The translations under genes were made by a program, and so were the position numbers. A DNA stretch of 64,000 nt from Clostridia bacterium (GTDB taxonomy: Bacteria > Bacillota > Clostridia > Christensenellales > Aristaeellaceae): contig JAFUTW010000029.1 in assembly GCA_017484085.1 (NCBI GenBank), positions 192 through 64,191 of the forward strand. The letters are read 5' to 3'. Below, piece by piece: positions 27,841 through 36,713 of the stretch. The stretch's first letter is position 1. Each line of letters opens with the position of its first letter. Below the pieces are notes generated by a model. That model had not been told where the DNA came from. It did not search any database and was given only the letters and a program-made list of their open reading frames with translations.

Positions 27841-29739
27841 ATGAAGAAATTGCTCTCTCTGGTCCTTGCGCTGGCGATGCTGATGTTCGTTGCCGGCGCG
27901 CTGGCCATGACTCCCGGTACCTATGAAGCGACCGTGCCCGGCATGCACGGCCCGATGACCGTCGGCGTCACCGTTACGGAAGATGCCATCACCGACGTCA
28001 AGGTCATCTCCAACGTCGAAACGCCCGGCCTTCGTGACTGGGTCGTGGAAGCGATCCCGGAGGCGGTCGTCGCCAATCAGTCTCTTTCTGTCGATACCGT
28101 CACCGGCGTGACCATCTCCAGCCGCGCGATCCTCTCCGGCGTCCGCGAGGCGCTGAAGCTGGCCGGCGCGGAGGACGGGCAGTTCGATGTGGAGATCGCG
28201 AAGGAAGCCCCGGCGGATGAGGAGCTGACGGCGGATGTCGTCATCGTCGGCGGCGGCGGCGCAGGCCTGGCGGCTGCGCTGTCTGCGACTGAGGCGGGCG
28301 CAAACGTGCTGCTCATCGAGAAGACCGGCTTCTTCGGCGGCAACTCGATCGTTTCCGGCGGCATCTTCAACTGCCCGGATCCCGATCTGCAGGACTACGC
28401 CGATATCACTTCCAGCCTTGATCCCCTTGTCGAAGAGGCGCTTGCGGAAGAGCCTGTGGACGAGCTGCACAAGCAGGTGCAGGATACCGTCCGCGCACAG
28501 TTTGAGGAATACAAGAAGACCGACAAGCACGTCTTTGACAGCCCCGAGTGGTTTGCCCTGCAGACCTGGAACGGCGGCGACAAGGTCGGCATGCTCGACC
28601 ACCTGCTCTTCTACGCCGAGCGCGCTTATCCGACGCTCGAGTGGCTGGAGAGCATGGGCATGGAGTTTGCGCCGAAGATCAACTCTGCCAGCGGTTCCCT
28701 TTACATGCGCACGCATACGGCTGTGATGCCGAACGGCACCGGCTACTTCAAGGCTTTCCAGGATACGCTGGCGACGCGCCAGGATCTGTTCACCGCGAAG
28801 ATGGACACCACTGCCGAGAGTCTCATCACCGATGAGAACGGCCGTGTCATCGGCGTGAACTGCACCGCCAAGGACGGTCATAAGGTGACAGCCTACGGCA
28901 AGAACGGCATCATCCTCGCAACCGGCGGCTTTGCCGGCAACGTGGATATGCGCGTCAAGTACTGCACGAGCGAGAAGTGGCCGGACCTCTCCGCAAAGGT
29001 CATCACCACGAATATGCCCGGCGTTACCGGCGACGGCCTGCGCATGGCGCAGGAGGTCGGCGCGCAGCTCATCAACATGGATCAGATCCAGCTGCTGCCG
29101 TACGCCAACCCGTGGACGGGCGCGACGAGCGACATCACGCTCACGTACAGTGCATCCTGCTACATCAACAAGAACGGCGAGCGCTTCGTGCGTGAAGACG
29201 GCCGCCGCGACGAGATGAGCCTTGCGATCATTGCCCAGCCGGACGGCCTCATGTACCAGCTCTTCAGCGCGGATGCCGTTCCGGATCCTGCGACGGGCAA
29301 GACCCTGGGCGACAAGACGGTTGCGTATTATCTGGACAACCATCTGGCGGGCTACGTTCAGGCGGATACGCTTGAGGGCCTCGCTGAGACGCTCGGCATG
29401 GATCCCGCTGTCCTGCGGAAGACGGTTGACGACTTCAACAGCTATGTCCGCGGCGAAGCGACCGATCCCTGCGGCCGCATTACGTGGACAAAGGAACTGC
29501 TGACCGCGCCCTGGTATGCGTATCCGCGCAAGCCGGCGGCACACCACACGATGGGTGGCGTGAACATCGACGTCGATACGCATCCGCTGCGTGAGGATGG
29601 CTCCATCATCGAGGGCCTGTACTGCGCAGGCGAGATCACCGGCAACTTCCACGGCGCAAACCGCCTCGGCGGCAACGCCATCGTGGACTTCTGCGTCTTC
29701 GGCCGCATTGCCGGCGCAAACGCAGCAGCCGGCAAGTGA
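27841..29739 (+). CDS. Exported FMN-binding-domain + FAD-dependent reductase (fumarate/urocanate reductase flavoprotein family)
   Basis: Signal/anchor MKKLLSLVLALAMLMFVAGALA. FMN_bind-like segment with DTVTGVT (nt 28093..28113). Rossmann motif DVVIVGGGGAGLAAALSATEAG. C-terminal HHTMGGV...AGEITGNFHGANRLGGNA. Confidence 0.8.
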   Translation: MKKLLSLVLALAMLMFVAGALAMTPGTYEATVPGMHGPMTVGVTVTEDAITDVKVISNVETPGLRDWVVEAIPEAVVANQSLSVDTVTGVTISSRAILSGVREALKLAGAEDGQFDVEIAKEAPADEELTADVVIVGGGGAGLAAALSATEAGANVLLIEKTGFFGGNSIVSGGIFNCPDPDLQDYADITSSLDPLVEEALAEEPVDELHKQVQDTVRAQFEEYKKTDKHVFDSPEWFALQTWNGGDKVGMLDHLLFYAERAYPTLEWLESMGMEFAPKINSASGSLYMRTHTAVMPNGTGYFKAFQDTLATRQDLFTAKMDTTAESLITDENGRVIGVNCTAKDGHKVTAYGKNGIILATGGFAGNVDMRVKYCTSEKWPDLSAKVITTNMPGVTGDGLRMAQEVGAQLINMDQIQLLPYANPWTGATSDITLTYSASCYINKNGERFVREDGRRDEMSLAIIAQPDGLMYQLFSADAVPDPATGKTLGDKTVAYYLDNHLAGYVQADTLEGLAETLGMDPAVLRKTVDDFNSYVRGEATDPCGRITWTKELLTAPWYAYPRKPAAHHTMGGVNIDVDTHPLREDGSIIEGLYCAGEITGNFHGANRLGGNAIVDFCVFGRIAGANAAAGK

Positions 29740-29766
29740 TTTCCGGTTTAAGCGATAAGGGTCAAA

Positions 29767-29799
29767 AGAGCTCATCCTTCGGGATGGGCTCTTTTTCTT
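29767..29799 (+). terminator. Rho-independent terminator
   Basis: AGAGCTCATCC-TTCG-GGATGGGCTCT followed by TTTTCTT. Confidence 0.7.
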
Positions 29800-29801
29800 G
29801 G

Positions 29802-29830
29802 TTGACAAGAAAGCAACAACTGAATATAAT
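29802..29830 (+). promoter_or_regulatory. Perfect-consensus sigma-70 promoter of the second peptide ABC operon
   Basis: TTGACA (29802..29807), 17-nt spacer, TATAAT (29825..29830). Confidence 0.7.
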
Positions 29831-29954
29831 CTTTTCTACCTATGTATATGCGTTCACTTTATCACGCTACTGCAGTATAACCATCGGTTATCCGTACGCG
29901 GCGGGGGAGAGCGCACGGATATACGGAATAACGGCACTTTAGGTGGGATAATTC

Positions 29955-30884
29955 ATGGATTCCAAAATGGCGTACTATATCCTGAAACGCATCGTGCTGG
30001 CCATCCTCACGATCTGGATCGTCATCACGGTGACGTTTTTTGTCATGCACTCCGTGCCGGGCGGGCCTTTCGTGGGGGAAAAGGCCATCTCCAAGGAGGC
30101 GCAGGCGGCGCTGGAGGCCAAGTACGGCCTGGACAAGCCGCTGATGGAGCAGTACTTTACCTATCTGCATGACATCCTGACGAAGTTTGACTTCGGCCCC
30201 TCGCTCAAACAGCGCGGGCGCATGGTGATCGACATCATCCTGGACGGCATGAAGACCAGCGCTAAGCTGGGCGTCATCGCGGCGTGCTGCGCGGCGCTCG
30301 TCGGCATCGTGCTGGGCGCTGTCGCCGCCATCCGGCGCAACACCGTGCTGGACAAGGTGATCATGGTGATCACCACGGCCTTCGTTTCGATGCCCAGCTT
30401 TATCATGGGTTCTTTCCTGCTCATCGTTTTCTCGGTGAAGCTGGGACTGGTGCCGGCCAACGGCGCGAGCGCGGGCGGCCTCATCCTGCCCGTCATCACC
30501 CTCATGCTTTATCCTATGTCCTATATCACGCGCCTCACCCGCTCCTCCATGCTGGACGTGCTGGGACAGGACTACATCCGCACCGCCAGGGCGAAGGGCG
30601 TTTCGCGCGTCAAGATCATTTTCGGGCACGCGCTCAAAAATTCCCTTATCCCGGTGCTCACTTACTTCGGGCCGATGCTCGCCTACATCGTCACCGGCTC
30701 CATGGTGGTGGAGCAGATCTTCGCCGTGCCCGGCATCGGCCGGCAGTTTGTCTCCAGCATCACCAACCGCGACTACACGATGATCATGGGCACCACGATC
30801 TTCCTGGCGGCGCTCATCGTCATCATGAACCTCATTACGGATCTGCTCTACAAGGTCGTGGATCCCAGGATCGACTTTAAGTGA
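29955..30884 (+). CDS. Peptide ABC transporter permease (OppB-like), second system
   Basis: 309 aa. MAYYILKRIVLAILT..., EAA loop DYIRTARAKGVSRVKIIFGHALKNSLIP. Confidence 0.85.
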   Translation: MDSKMAYYILKRIVLAILTIWIVITVTFFVMHSVPGGPFVGEKAISKEAQAALEAKYGLDKPLMEQYFTYLHDILTKFDFGPSLKQRGRMVIDIILDGMKTSAKLGVIAACCAALVGIVLGAVAAIRRNTVLDKVIMVITTAFVSMPSFIMGSFLLIVFSVKLGLVPANGASAGGLILPVITLMLYPMSYITRLTRSSMLDVLGQDYIRTARAKGVSRVKIIFGHALKNSLIPVLTYFGPMLAYIVTGSMVVEQIFAVPGIGRQFVSSITNRDYTMIMGTTIFLAALIVIMNLITDLLYKVVDPRIDFK

Positions 30885-30898
30885 GAGGAGGGGAAGAC

Positions 30899-31960
30899 AT
30901 GCAGGACTCTGTCAAGGCCTTCAGCCTGCAGCAGCTGGATGCGGACGCGTTCCGCCCGGCGACCGAGCAGGAGAAGGAGTACATCACGAAAATGCGCCCG
31001 TCGTCCACCTTCTTTCGGGACGGCGTCAAACGGCTGAGCCGCAACAAGGTGGCGATGGTCAGCCTCATCCTGATCGTCCTCATCACCATCGCGTGCATCG
31101 TACTGCCCATGGTCTGGCCGTATCATTACGACGCCATGCTGGGCGTGCGCCCCGGCAAGCCGGTGGACTCCTCCTTCAATAATCTCGCGCCCTTCACCTA
31201 CGGCAAGACGGAGCTGAAGCGAATCGAGGCGGGGGAGAAGATCTTCCCGCACATCTTCGGCACGGACGCCCATGGGCGCGACTACTTCATCCGCGTGATG
31301 TACGGCACCCGCATTTCGCTGGCGGTCGGCTTCTTCGCGTCCATCATCGTGCTGATCATCGGCATGACGATCGGCGCCGTGGCCGGCTACTGCGGCGGCA
31401 AGGTCGACCTCATCATCATGCGGATCGTGGATATCATCTACTCCCTGCCGGACATGCTGGTCATCATCCTGCTGTCCGTCGTGCTGGGCCGCGTGCTGAA
31501 CGTGGAAGGCACCATCTTTGAGAAGATCGGCGCCAACATCATCTCCATGTTCATCGTCTTCGGCCTGCTCTACTGGGTCAGCATGGCGCGCCTCATCCGC
31601 GGCCAGATCCTCTCGCTGCGCGAGCAGGAGTACGTGCTGAGCGCGCAGGCGACGGGCGCCAAGGGCGGCTGGATCATCCGCAAGCACCTGCTGCCGAACT
31701 GCATCAGCGTTATCATCATCTCCACGGCGCTGCAGATCCCGAACGCGATCTTTACGGAGAGCTTCCTCTCCTTCCTGGGCCTGGGTGTCAACGCCCCGAT
31801 GCCCTCGCTGGGCTCGCTGGCCAGCGACGCGCTGAACGGCATCTACACCTATACCTACCGGCTCATCATCCCGGCTGTGGTCATCTGCCTCATCGTCCTC
31901 TCCCTGAACCTTTTCGGCGACGGTCTGCGCGATGCGTTTGACCCGAAGCTGAACGCTTAA
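30899..31960 (+). CDS. Peptide ABC transporter permease (OppC-like), second system
   Basis: Start at the ATG 30899 with a GAGGAGG RBS. Motif YVLSAQATGAKGGWIIRKHLLPN. Confidence 0.85.
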   Translation: MQDSVKAFSLQQLDADAFRPATEQEKEYITKMRPSSTFFRDGVKRLSRNKVAMVSLILIVLITIACIVLPMVWPYHYDAMLGVRPGKPVDSSFNNLAPFTYGKTELKRIEAGEKIFPHIFGTDAHGRDYFIRVMYGTRISLAVGFFASIIVLIIGMTIGAVAGYCGGKVDLIIMRIVDIIYSLPDMLVIILLSVVLGRVLNVEGTIFEKIGANIISMFIVFGLLYWVSMARLIRGQILSLREQEYVLSAQATGAKGGWIIRKHLLPNCISVIIISTALQIPNAIFTESFLSFLGLGVNAPMPSLGSLASDALNGIYTYTYRLIIPAVVICLIVLSLNLFGDGLRDAFDPKLNA

Positions 31961-31975
31961 GAGAGGAGGACTGAC

Positions 31976-32980
31976 ATGGCACTGCTGGAAGTCAACAATC
32001 TGCGCACCTCCTTCTTCACCGATGCGGGCGAGGTCAAGGCGGTGGACGGCGTCTCCTTCTTTCTGGAGCGGGGCAAGGTGCTGGGCATCGTGGGAGAGAG
32101 CGGCAGCGGCAAGAGCGTGACGGCTTACTCCATCATGCAGATCCTCGCGCCGACGGGCAAGATCGTGGGCGGCAGCGTGAAGTTCGACGGCCGCGAGCTC
32201 GTGGGCGCCGGCGAGGACGTGATGCGCACCATCCGCGGCAACAAGATCTCCATCATCTTCCAGGACCCGATGACCAGCCTGAACCCGACCTACACGGTCG
32301 GGCACCAGCTGGAAGAGGCCATCCTGCTGCATACGAACCGCAACCGGAAGCAGGCGCGCGAGCGCGCAAAGGAAATGCTGGAGCTGGTCGGCGTCAACGA
32401 GCCGGAAAAGCGCCTGCGCCAGTATCCCTTCGAGCACTCGGGCGGCATGCGCCAGAGGGTCATGATCGCCATGGCGCTGGCCTGCGAGCCGGACATTCTG
32501 ATCGCCGACGAGCCCACCACCGCACTGGATGTGACCATCCAGGCGCAGATCCTGGAGCTCATGCAGGACCTGCAGCGCAAGCTGGGCATGTCCATCATCA
32601 TGATCACGCACGATCTGGGCGTCGTGGCCCAGCTGTGCGACGAGGTGATCGTCATGTACGCGGGCTCCATCTGCGAGCAGGGCACGGCGGACGAGATCTT
32701 CTATAATCCGAAGCATGAGTACACCAAGGGCCTCATGCGCTCCATCCCCACGGTGGGGAACGACGGCCAGCGGCTGCAGCCCATCACCGGCACCCCCATC
32801 GATCTGCTGAACATGCCCAAGGGCTGCCCCTTCGCGCCGCGCTGCGACAACGCGATGAAGATCTGCCTGACCCAGCGCGCGGAGCGCATGCAGATCAACC
32901 AGGATCACGCGGCGGCCTGCTGGGTCAACGTGCGCGACGGCTTGACGGCTTCGGGAAAGGGCGGTGTGCAGAATGGCTGA
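31976..32980 (+). CDS. Peptide ABC transporter ATP-binding protein (OppD-like), second system
   Basis: Walker A GESGSGKS, signature HSGGMRQR, Walker [13 protein letters not shown]. Confidence 0.9.
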   Translation: MALLEVNNLRTSFFTDAGEVKAVDGVSFFLERGKVLGIVGESGSGKSVTAYSIMQILAPTGKIVGGSVKFDGRELVGAGEDVMRTIRGNKISIIFQDPMTSLNPTYTVGHQLEEAILLHTNRNRKQARERAKEMLELVGVNEPEKRLRQYPFEHSGGMRQRVMIAMALACEPDILIADEPTTALDVTIQAQILELMQDLQRKLGMSIIMITHDLGVVAQLCDEVIVMYAGSICEQGTADEIFYNPKHEYTKGLMRSIPTVGNDGQRLQPITGTPIDLLNMPKGCPFAPRCDNAMKICLTQRAERMQINQDHAAACWVNVRDGLTASGKGGVQNG

Positions 32981-33953
32981 GCACAAGACGCTGGTGGAGG
33001 TCCAGGGCCTCAAGGAATACTTCCAGATCAATACCGGTTTTCTCCGCACCCGTCCGCTGAAGGCGGTGGACGACGTTTCCTTTACGATCCATAAGGGCGA
33101 AACGCTCGGGCTGGTGGGCGAGAGCGGCTGCGGCAAGACGACGGTGGGCCGCACGCTGCTGCACCTGTACAAGCCCACGGCGGGAAAGATCATCTATGAC
33201 GGGAAGGTCATCGAGAGCCGCGACTCCATCCGGGAGTACCGCAAAAAGGCCACGATGGTCTTCCAGGATCCGTACTCCTCTCTCAATCCGCGCATGACGG
33301 TCAGCGATATCGTGGCCGAGCCGCTGGATGTGCATCACCTGACGGCGAATGCGAAGGAGCGCAACGACCGCGTGCTGGAACTGATGGGCCTGGTCGGCCT
33401 GAACAGCGAGCATGCCTCCCGGTATGCGCACGAGTTCTCCGGCGGACAGCGTCAGCGCATCGGCATCGCGAGGGCGCTGGCCGTCAACCCGGAATTCATC
33501 GTCTGCGACGAGCCGGTCTCCGCGCTGGATGTCTCCATCCAGGCGCAGGTCATCAACATGTTCGATGAACTGCAGGAGAAGCTTGGCCTCACCTATCTCT
33601 TTATCGCGCACGACCTGCTGGTCGTGCGGCACATCTCCGACCGGATCGCCGTCATGTATCTGGGACGCATGGTGGAGCTGGCGGACGCGAAAGAGATCTA
33701 CGACCATCCGCTGCATCCGTACTCCCAGAGCCTGCTGAGCGCCGTGCCGGTGCCCGACCCCAAGGTCGCCCGCGCCAACAAGCGCATCATGCTGACAGGC
33801 GATATCCCCTCTCCGCTGAACGCGCCTTCGGGCTGCCCATTCCGCACGCGCTGCCGCTACGCGACGGCCAAGTGCGCAGAGAGCATGCCGCCCTTCGAAA
33901 AGGTCGCGGACGGGCACTTCGTGGCCTGCCACCGCGTGAAGGAAATCAACTGA
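32973..33953 (+). CDS. Peptide ABC transporter ATP-binding protein (OppF-like), second system
   Basis: Walker [10 protein letters not shown], signature FSGGQRQR, Walker [13 protein letters not shown]. 8-nt overlap with the upstream gene. Confidence 0.9.
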   Translation: MAEHKTLVEVQGLKEYFQINTGFLRTRPLKAVDDVSFTIHKGETLGLVGESGCGKTTVGRTLLHLYKPTAGKIIYDGKVIESRDSIREYRKKATMVFQDPYSSLNPRMTVSDIVAEPLDVHHLTANAKERNDRVLELMGLVGLNSEHASRYAHEFSGGQRQRIGIARALAVNPEFIVCDEPVSALDVSIQAQVINMFDELQEKLGLTYLFIAHDLLVVRHISDRIAVMYLGRMVELADAKEIYDHPLHPYSQSLLSAVPVPDPKVARANKRIMLTGDIPSPLNAPSGCPFRTRCRYATAKCAESMPPFEKVADGHFVACHRVKEIN

Positions 33954-34042
33954 GGTGTCACGCCGAAAGGCGTGACGGAGGGGTTTATACGATTCAAGGT
34001 GCCTAGAGCACTTTTGAAAAAAACTTTTAGGAGGAACACCCC

Positions 34043-35791
34043 ATGAAAAAGCTGGTATCTCTGATGCTGGCACTGGCGATGACCCTTTGCCTCGGCCTTG
34101 CCCTGGCGGAGGATTCTTCCATCGCAGTGTGCATCGCTTCCGAACCGGACACGCTGGACCCGGCGCTCAACTCCGCTGTGGACGGCGCTACCGTGACGGC
34201 GCACCTGTTCACCGGTCTCTCTAACTGGGCACAGGATGAGAACGGCGCACTCCAGATCGTCCCCGCAGCCGCCGAGGCGCTTGTGGAGCCGGTCATCAAC
34301 GAAGATGGCACTGCCACCTACACCTACACGCTGAAGAGCGGGATGCTCTGGAGCGACGGCCAGCCTGTGAAGTCCTCTGACTTCGCGTTCGCCTGGAAGC
34401 GCGCTGCTTCTTCCGCCCTGGGCGCTGACTACGGCTACATGTTCGAGGGCGTTAAGGGCTACCCGGACGAGCTGGCTGTTGAGACCCCGGACGACAGCAC
34501 CATCGTCGTCACCCTGAACAACGCCATCTCCTATTGGGATGAGCTGCTGGCCTTCCCGGCATTCTTCCCGGTCCGTGAGGACGTCGTGGCGAACGAAGCC
34601 TGGGCGACCGATCCTTCCACCTACGTCTGCAACGGCCCCTACACCATGACGGGCTGGGATCACAACTCCGTGATCACCCTGACGAAGAACCCCAACTATT
34701 TTGATGCCGACAGCATCAAGATGGGCAAGATCGAGTTCTACCTCTCCGATGACGCCAACAACATGCTGGCCAACTTCGAGAATGGCTCCTGGCTGCTGAT
34801 CGACGACATCCCGACCTCCGAGATGAAGCGCGTTTCCGAGCAGTATCCGGACGAGTACGTCGTGGCCGGCCAGATCGGCACCTACTACGTCTGCTGGAAT
34901 ATCAACGAAGAGATCCTGCCCGAGGGCTGCGAGCTGACCGGTGAGGAAGCCGAGCAGGCCCGTGCGGAGATCCGCAAGGCCGTTTCCCTGCTGTATGACC
35001 GCAACTACATCGTGGAAGAGATCGGCCAGGCCGGCCAGGTCCCGGCGAGCTCCTTCGTCGCGATGGGCATGACCGACGCGGACGGCTCTGAGTTCTACAA
35101 GAACGCAGGCTCTGCTGCTGATTTCGACGGCTATTACAACGTTTCCGCCGATGCTTACGAAGCCAACTGGGAGAGCGCTGTTGAGACCCTCAAGAAGTAC
35201 TACACCTTCGACGAGGCGACCCAGCAGGTCACCAACTTCCCGAGCCTCGTTTACCTCTACAACACCTCTGAAGGCCACAAGGCCATCGGCGAGTATCTGC
35301 AGAGCGTCATGGGCGCGGCCGGCATCAACATGAGCCTGACCAACCAGGAGTGGAACACCTTCCTCAACACCCGTAAGCAGGGCGATTACAGCATCGCGCG
35401 CAACGGCTGGCTGGCGGACTACAACGATCCCATCTGCTTCCTCGACATGTGGACGTCCGGTTCCGGCAACAACGATGTGCAGTTCGGCCGCGACGCCAAT
35501 GCGGAGCTGCATATGTACTCCATCGACCTCACGCCGTACGGCTCCGATCTCAAGGTTGAGAACGGCACCTGGGCTGAGACCTATGACGCGGCGATCTCCG
35601 CCATCAAGTCCTGCACGGACAAGGCGAACCGCTACGGCATGATGCATGCTGCCGAGGATCTGCTGATGAGCACCGGCTGCATCACCCCGCTGTACTTCTA
35701 TACCGATCCTTACATGCTGTCCTCCAGCGTCCACGGCTTCTTCGCCAACCCGCTGGGCTACAAGTACTTCATGTACTGCACGGTGGACTGA
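34043..35791 (+). CDS. Peptide ABC transporter substrate-binding protein (family 5), last gene of the operon
   Basis: 582 aa with signal peptide MKKLVSLMLALAMTLCLGLALAED and family-5 SBP character. Confidence 0.85.
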   Translation: MKKLVSLMLALAMTLCLGLALAEDSSIAVCIASEPDTLDPALNSAVDGATVTAHLFTGLSNWAQDENGALQIVPAAAEALVEPVINEDGTATYTYTLKSGMLWSDGQPVKSSDFAFAWKRAASSALGADYGYMFEGVKGYPDELAVETPDDSTIVVTLNNAISYWDELLAFPAFFPVREDVVANEAWATDPSTYVCNGPYTMTGWDHNSVITLTKNPNYFDADSIKMGKIEFYLSDDANNMLANFENGSWLLIDDIPTSEMKRVSEQYPDEYVVAGQIGTYYVCWNINEEILPEGCELTGEEAEQARAEIRKAVSLLYDRNYIVEEIGQAGQVPASSFVAMGMTDADGSEFYKNAGSAADFDGYYNVSADAYEANWESAVETLKKYYTFDEATQQVTNFPSLVYLYNTSEGHKAIGEYLQSVMGAAGINMSLTNQEWNTFLNTRKQGDYSIARNGWLADYNDPICFLDMWTSGSGNNDVQFGRDANAELHMYSIDLTPYGSDLKVENGTWAETYDAAISAIKSCTDKANRYGMMHAAEDLLMSTGCITPLYFYTDPYMLSSSVHGFFANPLGYKYFMYCTVD

Positions 35792-35807
35792 TCCACACAT
35801 CACTCAC

Positions 35808-35835
35808 GGCCTCCCCGCAAGGGGAGGTCTTTTTG
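35808..35835 (+). terminator. Rho-independent terminator
   Basis: GGCCTCCCC-GCAA-GGGGAGGTC followed by TTTTTG. Confidence 0.75.
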
Positions 35836-35940
35836 TATGCCTGCAGAGAGAAAGATCTGTGCATTTTCAGGAGCCGGCCGCAATGGCCGGCCTTTGTGCT
35901 GATGCTGATGAGGCAAAAGATGAACGAACAAACGGGACTT

Positions 35941-36044
35941 CTTGAACTTTAAATTACAATTATTAATTAATTTATAAATATGTCTTAATAAATGATATTA
36001 ATTAATAAAAATTATTAAATATGTGTTATAAATTGTTGATTCTA
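35941..36044. repeat. Extremely AT-rich spacer with repeated words
   Basis: Hand count: 7 G/C in 35941..36000 and 10 G/C in 36001..36060. ATTAATTAAT at 35962 and 35997. TAAATATGT at 35975 and 36016. TTATAAAT at 35972 and 36026. Confidence 0.85.
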
Positions 36045-36073
36045 TTGGATTTATGTGGATAACTGACTATAAT
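36045..36073 (+). promoter_or_regulatory. Sigma-70 type promoter candidate at the edge of the AT-rich spacer
   Basis: TTGGAT, 17-nt spacer, TATAAT, ~64 nt before the TTG start at 36137. Confidence 0.45.
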
Positions 36074-36136
36074 GCCATATAAAGTGGAAAGGGATTAGAA
36101 CCAGCCACAGCATCTTGTAGGCAGGGAGGGAGCGCA

Positions 36137-36535
36137 TTGCGGAGTTCGGCAGTTTTATGCACAATTCTGGTCTTCCTCACACTGGTTTTATCCACAGGCA
36201 GCGCACTGGCCTTGGGCGGCACGGTGACCTTTGAGGTGACCAGCGTCTGGCAGGGCGGCTACGAGGGGGAACTCCACCTCACGCTGTACGCAAACGGCAA
36301 AAAGATGGATCCCCAGCCGGCTTACGAAGTGCTGGACGGCGACCGGTATGTCTATTACGACCTGCCGCGGTGCAACTCGCAGGGCAAGGAGATCCTGTAT
36401 TCCGCCAAGGAACACTACTTTGAAGGCTATATCGCCATGTACGTCAACAAGCGGCCGCATTACGCGGATACGAAGCGGGTTTACGATAACGGCGTCATCA
36501 TCAACCGCGCAGTCGATTACTACGCGATCCACTGA
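36137..36535 (+). CDS. Small secreted protein with a Cna-B-type (collagen-binding B repeat-like) domain
   Basis: TTG start after a GGGAGGG RBS. Signal peptide. VTSVWQGGYEGELHLTLYANGKKM...YVYYDLPRCNSQGKEILYSAKEHYFEGY fits the KxW...L..nG...Y.f.dLP...G..i.Y...E..v.gY pattern. No LPXTG. Confidence 0.5.
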   Translation: MRSSAVLCTILVFLTLVLSTGSALALGGTVTFEVTSVWQGGYEGELHLTLYANGKKMDPQPAYEVLDGDRYVYYDLPRCNSQGKEILYSAKEHYFEGYIAMYVNKRPHYADTKRVYDNGVIINRAVDYYAIH

Positions 36536-36556
36536 AGAGCAATCAGAAGAAAAAGT

Positions 36557-36593
36557 CAGTGCCGAATGGAATGACCATCGGCACTGTTTTTTT
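36557..36593 (+). terminator. Rho-independent terminator, copy A of a duplicated element
   Basis: CAGTGCCGA-ATGGAATGACCA-TCGGCACTG followed by TTTTTTT. The hairpin is identical to that at 42266..42295. Confidence 0.8.
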
Positions 36594-36713
36594 ATCCGTC
36601 ACTACAATACAATGATAGCAGGCAATCGGGGCGATTTGCTGTAAAACCTTATCCCTGCGTGGTTTAACAGCGGCGCTGATGTAAACGATTCAAAGAAAGA
36701 GGAGGCCGGAACC

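Noticed and set aside
33957-33976. Intrinsic terminator splitting the second peptide ABC operon before its SBP gene.
   Set aside because: The 8-bp stem is followed by GGAGGGGTTTA with no T-run, and the SBP gene has no obvious promoter of its own. It is more likely an intercistronic stabilising hairpin.
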